From Thermoproteota archaeon (GTDB taxonomy: Archaea; Korarchaeota; Korarchaeia; Korarchaeales; Korarchaeaceae), in the NCBI GenBank assembly GCA_027492205.1, contig JAOZFN010000010.1, positions 1 to 64,000 on the forward strand: a stretch of DNA of 64,000 nucleotides, written 5' to 3'. Under the pieces are notes generated by a model. It was given only the letters and a program-made list of their open reading frames with translations. It was not told the origin of the DNA and searched no databases. The position numbers were made by a program, and so were the translations under genes. Shown piece after piece: positions 57,139 through 64,000 of this stretch; within the stretch, counting starts at the first letter, position 1; each line of letters begins with the position of its first letter.

Positions 57139-58491
57139 TCATTCCCTGAGGAACCTGATTCTTCCCTCGGAGAGTTCCATCAAGTACCTGACGCCCTGGA
57201 TCCCTAACCTCCTAGACTTGAGCACCGACGCCTCTCTTAGGAGGACGCCATCCCTCTCCGTCACCCTGAGGAGGATCACGGTGTCCGCGTAGAGAGAAGC
57301 CGCCCTCGTGTCCTTCTCGAAGTGCCCGCTTCCAAGCTGCGTGCACAGGATCGTTATCCCTCTCCCCTTGGCCATCCACTGGAGGTACCTGGTGAAGTCT
57401 ATGAGGCCCTCTCTCCCGACAGCGTGTTCGATCGCGGTAAGGCTGTCCACGAGCACGAATTCGGATTGGTTTTCGTCCACCAGTTCCTCTATCAGCTCGA
57501 ACTGCTCCACTGGCCCGAGCGCCTGAGGAACCACAGACGCCACCTGCACCTCGTCCTCTTCGGCCATCCCGAAGGACCTGGCAAGCTTCACGACGGTTCC
57601 CTTGGAGGCCTCAAAGGACACGATGAGTGATCTCCGGCCCATCTTGGCCGCCGACACCGCCAGCGAGACTCCGAGGACTGTCTTGCCAGACCCCACCGGT
57701 CCCTCCAGTATGTTGAGAGAGGACCTCGGCAGCCCGCCGCCGAGCATCTCGTCGAGCCCGTCGATCCCCGTGGAAACAACGTCCAACGGTTCCTCCGTGT
57801 CCAAGGAGTGAGGCAGCGTGATCACCCGCGCGCCCCCGCGCCTGGCGGAGATGGAGAACATGATGACAGGCTCCCGCGGGGAGGCCATCCTGACCTTCGC
57901 TATCTTGGCCTTTCTAACCAGTCCGCCCCTCTCCCCCTCCGAGAGGTAGAGGCCCACCACGGCGTCGGCGAGGAACTCTACGCCGAGGAGCATGGGCCTC
58001 TTGAGAGCATCGGGAACAACCGTCGCCAAAACGGTGGCCCCCGCCTGCTCCGCCGAGGTCATCAGCCTCTGAGAGAGTATCCTCTGCGCCGAGCTCACCT
58101 CCAGGACCGCGAGTACTTGGGAGAGCCCGTCGATAAACACCCGATCCGGTTTAAGCTGCTCGATCTCGTCCGCCATGGAGAAGAGGGCCATCTCGGCCTC
58201 TGCGGGGGAGCCAGGGATTCCGAGGGACTTCACCCTCAGGCGCTCATCCTCCACGAAGGGATCCAGATCCCTGTGGAGGGAGGCCGCCTGGAGGATAAGC
58301 TTCCTCCCGGGGTACCCGACCGCCAAGGCCAGGCACCTCTCCCCCGCCCGGCAGCCTTCGTTCAGGGACTGTATCCCGAGAACGGTCTTCCCACTCCCCG
58401 GGTCTCCGGTTACCAGAATCAGAGAGCCTGGTCCAAGTCCCTCCAGCGCCTCATCGAGCGGCTCTATTCCGAAGAAAGTCCTCCCTCCCAT
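57139..58491 (-). CDS. KaiC-like/RAD55 double-domain ATPase
   Basis: Two Walker A motifs GDPGSGKT and GPVGSGKT; STGIDGLDEMLGGG; KVR/KSR motifs. Confidence 0.88.
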   Translation of the reverse strand: MGGRTFFGIEPLDEALEGLGPGSLILVTGDPGSGKTVLGIQSLNEGCRAGERCLALAVGYPGRKLILQAASLHRDLDPFVEDERLRVKSLGIPGSPAEAEMALFSMADEIEQLKPDRVFIDGLSQVLAVLEVSSAQRILSQRLMTSAEQAGATVLATVVPDALKRPMLLGVEFLADAVVGLYLSEGERGGLVRKAKIAKVRMASPREPVIMFSISARRGGARVITLPHSLDTEEPLDVVSTGIDGLDEMLGGGLPRSSLNILEGPVGSGKTVLGVSLAVSAAKMGRRSLIVSFEASKGTVVKLARSFGMAEEDEVQVASVVPQALGPVEQFELIEELVDENQSEFVLVDSLTAIEHAVGREGLIDFTRYLQWMAKGRGITILCTQLGSGHFEKDTRAASLYADTVILLRVTERDGVLLREASVLKSRRLGIQGVRYLMELSEGRIRFLRE

Positions 58492-58719
58492 TGTCGCAGA
58501 CGCGCTCCATCCTTCTACAAAAAATTAATTGATTAAGGGATTTTACGGCAGTGAAAATTTGTTAAGTTTAGGAGATCAACACGGGCTCTCGCAGGCTTTC
58601 AGGCTGGGCCCACGCGCCCAGTTTGGGTTGAGAGCAGCCAAGTGCTTTGAATATTGGTCTTAATAAAGCTCGGACGTTTCATCCCAATGTTTAAATCACG
58701 ACATCCTAGCAAACAAAAT

Positions 58720-59298
58720 TCATTTGACGATGTCCCCGTCCTCGCCCAGGCTCCTGATGAGTTCGGGAGGCACCCACTCTGTCAGATAGATGAGATCTGA
58801 GCCCCTCCATACCCTCATACCTCTCCGGACAAGACCCTGAGCGTCCACCACGAGGACAACTACGTCACTTCCGTGCCTCCTGCCGACCTCCACGGCCACC
58901 TCCGGGGTCGCAGAGAGGTGAACGAACCTGCGCCTCATGGGCTTGATCCCCTCCCTGAGGATCTTGCTGAGCGCTCTCCTGGTCGTGCCGTGGTACAGTA
59001 CCGGTGGGGGGTCCTCTAGGGGATCCCCGGGTGGGAGGACCGGTACGCTGTGGCCGTAAGTCGCCCTTATTCTACCGCCCCTAATTTCGAACCTCCCGCG
59101 AGGATCGCGCACCACGACCATCTCGATGTCCCCCGCGGTGACCCACTCGAACCCGCGGAGGCGGGATATCCTCCTGGCAAGTTCGCCAACATCTACGTCG
59201 GAGAAGCCGAACTCGTCCAGCCTAATCCCCATCAACTCCGGCCTGTGCCTGAGTACGAGGGTGAGCAGCTTGCTCAGCCTCCTCATCCTCTCATCCAT
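58720..59298 (-). CDS. kptA: RNA 2'-phosphotransferase (KptA/Tpt1)
   Basis: LSKLL..VLRHRP, IRATYGHS, LYHGT, RFVHLS. Confidence 0.93.
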   Translation of the reverse strand: MDERMRRLSKLLTLVLRHRPELMGIRLDEFGFSDVDVGELARRISRLRGFEWVTAGDIEMVVVRDPRGRFEIRGGRIRATYGHSVPVLPPGDPLEDPPPVLYHGTTRRALSKILREGIKPMRRRFVHLSATPEVAVEVGRRHGSDVVVLVVDAQGLVRRGMRVWRGSDLIYLTEWVPPELIRSLGEDGDIVK

Positions 59299-59363
59299 CT
59301 ACCTCATTTGACGACCGCGGCGGGATCGTTTATACGATTTACCGCTCCCAATCGGAGCCTGAG

Positions 59364-59969
59364 ATGTCCGTGGCGGAGGTGGGGGGACTACTCGCTTCCC
59401 TGGGAATGCTCGCAGCGAGCGGCCTTATCTCAGCCGCCTACCTGATGCAGGGACTCGCAAGCTCAGCGATCTCGAGGGCAATCCGCGCACCCATGGCCGA
59501 GCGAAGACCTCTAGACAGAGTCTACACGCTCACCTGGATTCTCGCGGCCGCCGCGGCAGCTTGGATCTCAAGGGAGTCCGGCGTATTCACGGTTCTCTCC
59601 GTGGCCCTGGCCTTTAAGAGCGGCGCGGACTTGGGAAGCAGGGCAGTCTACTCAGTGCACGATCTCACTCTGCTCGGTCAGGCCAGAGGACTTCGCTCGG
59701 CCGTTTCGAGGGCGCTCGCCCTAGCCTCCCTACCCAGTCTCTTCTTCCTCCTCAGCTGGTGGCTCTTTGAGCAGGCAGCCTCGCTGGCCGTCAAGGCGCT
59801 CCTCGGCCTGCGGCTGGATCTCGTCGCTCTGACCCTCTGGCTGCTCGGGGTGGCGTTCGGACTGGCGTTTGGCGCGGCGAGATCGCGCGGCGAGCCCGGC
59901 ATACTCCTCAGAGGGGAGCTGGCGCTGGTGCTGGGATCAAAGGCGCGAGGGGCTTTGCCGCCTGGCTAG
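59364..59969 (+). CDS. Hypothetical integral membrane protein
   Basis: About five hydrophobic helices. Confidence 0.7.
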   Translation: MSVAEVGGLLASLGMLAASGLISAAYLMQGLASSAISRAIRAPMAERRPLDRVYTLTWILAAAAAAWISRESGVFTVLSVALAFKSGADLGSRAVYSVHDLTLLGQARGLRSAVSRALALASLPSLFFLLSWWLFEQAASLAVKALLGLRLDLVALTLWLLGVAFGLAFGAARSRGEPGILLRGELALVLGSKARGALPPG

Positions 59970-60023
59970 CGCTCACGGGTGAACGAGAAGGATAATTTCG
60001 TGAACCTGACGGTGGGGGATGGG

Positions 60024-60686
60024 ATGTCGGGGTCGATCAAGTCCGGCGACGTCGGTGGTGTGGTGATCCGCGGCAGCGGAGTTTACAGGGAGGGGGAGGA
60101 GCTCAGAGTAGCAGGCTCGGCCAGGGCCGACGCCGATGTGGCGGCGAGGAGGGTCTCGGTGGCCGGGAGGCTCTCCGTTAAAGGGATCCTCAAGTCAGAG
60201 AGGGCGTCGATCGCGGGAACCCTGAGCGCAGGTGGGGTGGAGTGCAGGCAGCTCTCGGTGGCCGGCCTGGCGAGGGTCGGCGGCAGGCTGGTGGCAGAGG
60301 AGGTCAGGGTCGGCGGTCGACTCGAGGCCAAGGAAATCCTCTCGAAGCTGGTGAGGATTGGTGGCGCCGTCCGGGCGGGTTCTATAGAGGCCGACGAGCT
60401 CGAGATAAATCTGGGTGGGTCCTCAGAGGTCAGAAGGATCTCGGCCAAGACCGTGAGGATAAGTCCCAAGAGGGACCTGATGGGGCTCCTGATGCCCTCG
60501 AAGAGGAGGCTGAGGGCCGAGAGAATAGAGGGAAAGCAGGTGTACCTCTCTCGAGTCTCGTGCGAGGAGGTCGTGGGAGAGCGTGTGCTCGTGGGGCCGG
60601 GGTGCCGGATCAGCAGGGTGGTCTACAGCGAGGTCGTGAAGGTTTCCGACCGGGCCAGGGTGCTGGAGCTGGTCAAGGCCAAGTAG
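60024..60686 (+). CDS. Bactofilin-like / polymer-forming beta-helix protein
   Basis: Repeated V.VAG.L.V.G.L units; C-terminal VVGERV.VGPGCRI..V.Y. Confidence 0.7.
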   Translation: MSGSIKSGDVGGVVIRGSGVYREGEELRVAGSARADADVAARRVSVAGRLSVKGILKSERASIAGTLSAGGVECRQLSVAGLARVGGRLVAEEVRVGGRLEAKEILSKLVRIGGAVRAGSIEADELEINLGGSSEVRRISAKTVRISPKRDLMGLLMPSKRRLRAERIEGKQVYLSRVSCEEVVGERVLVGPGCRISRVVYSEVVKVSDRARVLELVKAK

Positions 60687-60692
60687 GCGGGG

Positions 60693-61307
60693 CTACCTCC
60701 CTCCGAATCTGGCCCGCTCGCTCAGCATCCTCTCGTAGTCGGCCCTTGCCACGACGACCTCGCGGCCGCAGTGCTCGCACGTGAACCTCACCGCCTCCTC
60801 TCCCTCGCGTGGCTCTCCGCGGAGGGGCCTCCCGCAGTAGCACACGAACCCGATGAGCCGAGCCGGGTTTCCAACCACTAGGCCGTAGGGAGGGACATCC
60901 CTCGTTACCACCGAGCCTGCGGCCACCATGGAGTACTCCCCTATGGTCACCCCGCAAACGATCGTGGCGTTGGCCCCTATGCTCGCGCCCCTCTTGACGC
61001 GGGTGGGCACCACCTCCCAGTCGACGTTGAATGATCTGGGGTACTTGTCGTTGGTGAAGGTGACGTGTGGTCCGATGAAGGCGTCGTCCTCGATGGTCAC
61101 CCCCCTGAAGACCGAGACGCCGTTCTCTATCTTCACCCCGTCGCCTATCTCGACCCCGGCGTCGACGTACACATCCTTGCCGAGGACGCAGTTCCTTCCG
61201 ATCTTTGCTCCGCTCCTCACGTGCGCGAAGTGCCACACCTTGGTGCCCTCCCCGATCCGGGCCCCTGGCTCCACGACCGCCTTCTCGTGAACGAAGGCTC
61301 CACCCAT
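60693..61307 (-). CDS. Hexapeptide N-acetyltransferase (WbpD/WlbB-like) with Zn ribbon
   Basis: IGEGTKVWHF, FTNDKYPRS, GANATIVCG, GNPAR..CYCG..CEHCG. Confidence 0.9.
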   Translation of the reverse strand: MGGAFVHEKAVVEPGARIGEGTKVWHFAHVRSGAKIGRNCVLGKDVYVDAGVEIGDGVKIENGVSVFRGVTIEDDAFIGPHVTFTNDKYPRSFNVDWEVVPTRVKRGASIGANATIVCGVTIGEYSMVAAGSVVTRDVPPYGLVVGNPARLIGFVCYCGRPLRGEPREGEEAVRFTCEHCGREVVVARADYERMLSERARFGGR

Positions 61308-61367
61308 CACGACACCCCCGCGCACCGCCGCATCAAGTCATTAATCCACACGGTCAGATCCCCCCGG

Positions 61368-62186
61368 CTACCCAAATCCCCCGGCGGCGGGCGCGAACCT
61401 GAAGTTCAGGGGGTCTAGGAAGTACTTGGGCACGATCGGACTCAGCGGGTACTTCAGAGCGAGCCACCCCTGGAAGATCATGATGGCGGCCGTCGCCCAG
61501 GCAGAGTTCTCCCTCTCCAGACCTACCGAGTACCTGAAGGCCCTGTAGATCAGGAACGCCTCCCAGACGAGGAAGGCCGCGCCAACGATGGCCGAAGTGG
61601 TGAGATCGAAGGAGTAGTATCTCTGAAGGTCGCTTAGAGTCTTGACTGAGAGTTCTTGGAGGAGCTTCGGCGAATAGGCCACGCTGAGATCGTATAGGAT
61701 CACAAGGTTCCCGACCGTCAGGCGCTTCGCCGCGACTAGGGCGACCGCCCTGAGGGCCTCGGGCACCAAGACGGGGCTGGTGGCCATGACGGCCGCAGAT
61801 AGGGGAAGATCTCGCCCCATTCTGCGCGCCACGTACGAGGCCAGGGCCCCCCTCACGATCATCAGGACCCCCATCATGGCAGGGATGATGAACGCGCTGG
61901 CGACCGCCTGGAGGGTCATGGCCCTGTCGCTGTAGAAGATCACGTCGATGTTCGCCACCCAAGGCGGGAGGTTCGCCACCTCGTACCGTATGCCCGAGTC
62001 CAAGGCGAGCTTAGACGCGAGCACTACGACGGACTGCACGACCCACATCGACACAAGGATTTTCAGGCTGGACGCCCGCCCTAGCTTGACGTAGAGCTCC
62101 TTGCTTCCGATGAATGCCCCTCTCAGGTACTCGCTGAACGTGTAGAAGGCCTCGGCTCCCAGCAGCCCCTCGCCCTCGGCATCCAC
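61368..62186 (-). CDS. Multi-pass membrane protein (Yip1-like)
   Basis: About five TM helices with Yip1-like spacing. Confidence 0.55.
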   Translation of the reverse strand: MDAEGEGLLGAEAFYTFSEYLRGAFIGSKELYVKLGRASSLKILVSMWVVQSVVVLASKLALDSGIRYEVANLPPWVANIDVIFYSDRAMTLQAVASAFIIPAMMGVLMIVRGALASYVARRMGRDLPLSAAVMATSPVLVPEALRAVALVAAKRLTVGNLVILYDLSVAYSPKLLQELSVKTLSDLQRYYSFDLTTSAIVGAAFLVWEAFLIYRAFRYSVGLERENSAWATAAIMIFQGWLALKYPLSPIVPKYFLDPLNFRFAPAAGGFG

Positions 62187-62216
62187 ACGGTGCCCGAGAC
62201 GATCGCGGAAAAAAGG

Positions 62217-63788
62217 TTAACGATCAGTTCCGAACAGAATCCAAGCCCCCCTGAGGGGGTTGAAGTTCCAAATCAGGTCTTGCGAGCAGTTGAGGCACAT
62301 CCACACTGGGTCGTACGAGTACCCCTCGTCCCTCAACACCGACTCCCTGAAGAAGGCCAGGGCCTCCAGAATGCCGGCCCTCCCGGCGCCTCCCGGGAGA
62401 TAGTAGTCCGGGTAGGAGAGGGCAAAGGCGAGGAACTCGACTATTCGCGCGTACTCCCCGTCTATCAGCTGTCCCCTCGACGTGGTCGCTATGATCAGGG
62501 CCTGGCTGAGCCCCGACACCTCGCGCGCGAAGTCTTCAGCTTCGCAGCCGTTCAAGAGGAGGACGAGCTTGCCGTAGCTCAGGTTGGCCAGCGCCCTCGA
62601 TAGATACTCCGCAGTCAGGTTCCCAGGGTCGAGGTCGACCCAGTCCCACCCTGCGCCGTGATGGGCGTCTATGACCACGAAGACGATGTCGTTCGGGTCC
62701 GACGGGAGGGAGGCGATGGCATGAAGGGCCCTCTCCACGTCCTCCTCGGTCTGGATTATCAGGTCCGGGTAGATCAACCCGGCCGAGGGGGCCTTCCTCC
62801 TCCGGCCCCAGGGGACGTCGGACATGTACATGCCGACTTGGAAGGGGCCAGCCCAGCCCCTGGAGAGGTGCGTCCAGTACAGGGCCGTGGCGTCAAGTCC
62901 CTCCTCGGTTCGGAGGGACGTCTGGCTGACGATGAGGAGTATGCTGTCCTCGCCGTAGCCGTGCCTCTTCGCGAGGTGGTAGAGCATGAGAGAGCCGCCG
63001 GCCCCTATCCTGCCTCCCTGAATTATCACGAGATACCTCTGGGACCTCCCGTAGAGCGCGTTAAGTCTCGGATTGTCCAGATCGTTCATGGGATCAGTTC
63101 CAGCCTCCAGCTCCTCAAGGTTGGAGAAGCCATCCGAGTCCACGTCTCCGCGCAGGACCTCACCTCCCAACAGGCCCGACTGGCACAGGTCCACGACGTA
63201 GTAGAAGGGGAGCGCCTCCAGGGCGAGCAGAGCGGACGTCTCTCCGTCGTCGACCACCCCGTCGCTCAACACGGCATCCACAACCCTCGAAACGCAGCCG
63301 CGCGTCTCTTCCACAGCGAAGAGTCTAGAGTATTCTGGAGGAGGTCCGCGCAGGATACCCTCCACGACCCTGACAAGGGCCCACTCTCCTTCCTCCATCC
63401 TCCCGTCTGCCTCGAGCCGAGACAGCATTCGATAGACCCACCTCTCCATCCCCGTGTGGATGGCGAAGGATAGGAGGGGGCTGGCCGAGAGCGGGTTGCC
63501 ACCCCAGCTGAACTCGTCCCCGTCGCAGATCCCATCTCCATCCGTGTCCCAGAGTACGGGGGAGGTTCCAATCTTCACTTCGAAGCCGTCCATCAGCCCG
63601 TCTAGGTCCGTGTCGAACTTTCCCACCTTTGTCCTGTAGACCAGCTCCTCCAGCGCGTCGGCGAGCATGTCGTCATCTCTGTCCACCAGACCGAACGTGA
63701 GTGTGGTCAGGCTGTCCAGCTGACTCAGCAGGAGCGCAAATGACAGGAGAGCACTTAGTCTCTTGGCCCTCGTCCTCCAGCGGATCAA
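62217..63788 (-). CDS. Secreted protein with DxDxDG Ca-binding repeats and a clan CD (C13/caspase-like) peptidase domain
   Basis: DTDLDGL.D..E, DTDGDG..D..E, DVDSDG; VFVVIDAHHG...LLLNGCEA His/Cys dyad; start uncertain (TTG 63788). Confidence 0.65.
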   Translation of the reverse strand: MIRWRTRAKRLSALLSFALLLSQLDSLTTLTFGLVDRDDDMLADALEELVYRTKVGKFDTDLDGLMDGFEVKIGTSPVLWDTDGDGICDGDEFSWGGNPLSASPLLSFAIHTGMERWVYRMLSRLEADGRMEEGEWALVRVVEGILRGPPPEYSRLFAVEETRGCVSRVVDAVLSDGVVDDGETSALLALEALPFYYVVDLCQSGLLGGEVLRGDVDSDGFSNLEELEAGTDPMNDLDNPRLNALYGRSQRYLVIIQGGRIGAGGSLMLYHLAKRHGYGEDSILLIVSQTSLRTEEGLDATALYWTHLSRGWAGPFQVGMYMSDVPWGRRRKAPSAGLIYPDLIIQTEEDVERALHAIASLPSDPNDIVFVVIDAHHGAGWDWVDLDPGNLTAEYLSRALANLSYGKLVLLLNGCEAEDFAREVSGLSQALIIATTSRGQLIDGEYARIVEFLAFALSYPDYYLPGGAGRAGILEALAFFRESVLRDEGYSYDPVWMCLNCSQDLIWNFNPLRGAWILFGTDR

Positions 63789-64000
63789 CCTCAGCGCGCT
63801 CAGAAGGCACGGGGGTGAACATAACGATTTGCCCCAGACCAAAGCGGTCCTCCAGGCCTGATTCAACGAACTCGCGCGGGCCCCAAGGTGGGCGATCCCA
63901 CAACCCGCCTCTAGGCCCCCCGGGCGACGCCGTGGTCAGGTGCCAGTTGAAAGCCTCCGCTATACAAGAGGGGACGTCTCGAGGATGTAGGGTAGGTGTT
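63673..64000 (-). CDS. Possible 3' end of an upstream gene (runs off window)
   Basis: Frame open from the window edge: ...PSCIAEAFNW...LWDRPPWG... Confidence 0.35.
   Translation of the reverse strand, partial: TPTLHPRDVPSCIAEAFNWHLTTASPGGPRGGLWDRPPWGPREFVESGLEDRFGLGQIVMFTPVPSERAEVDPLEDEGQETKCSPVICAPAESAGQPDHTHVRSGGQR

Noticed and set aside
57139-58491. True circadian KaiC
   Set aside because: No kaiA/kaiB in the window and no ST phosphosite pair (reads SLYAD)
1-64000. tRNA, rRNA, transposase, integrase
   Set aside because: None recognised by eye; short C/D-box RNAs could have been missed

Overview
GC-rich, gene-dense chromosome segment from an anaerobic, probably thermophilic archaeon (TACK/Korarchaeota-like by inference). 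Markers: archaeal SAM synthetase, two geranylgeranyl reductases, four-subunit POR, KorAB, superoxide reductase plus rubredoxin, Hps/Phi, GGTGA/GGAGG ribosome-binding sites and TATA promoters. Main points of interest: (1) a translationally coupled three-gene operon of secreted Ig-fold proteins (30749-33704) whose ends look built for C-terminal donor-strand complementation (tip, self-polymerising shaft, membrane anchor), a candidate undescribed archaeal fibre; (2) an adjacent CRISPR-less pair of a Csx1-like CARF-HEPN RNase and a Csx14/Crn1-like CARF-wHTH protein, both with degenerate ligand motifs; (3) a complete galactitol-family PTS wrapped around rpe and an E1/E2 dehydrogenase; (4) recurrent CTG starts; (5) a riboswitch-like leader; (6) a LysW-like protein; (7) a shared C-terminal surface domain. 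No tRNA, rRNA, CRISPR array or transposase was recognised. All calls come from motif recognition by eye; no searches were run.
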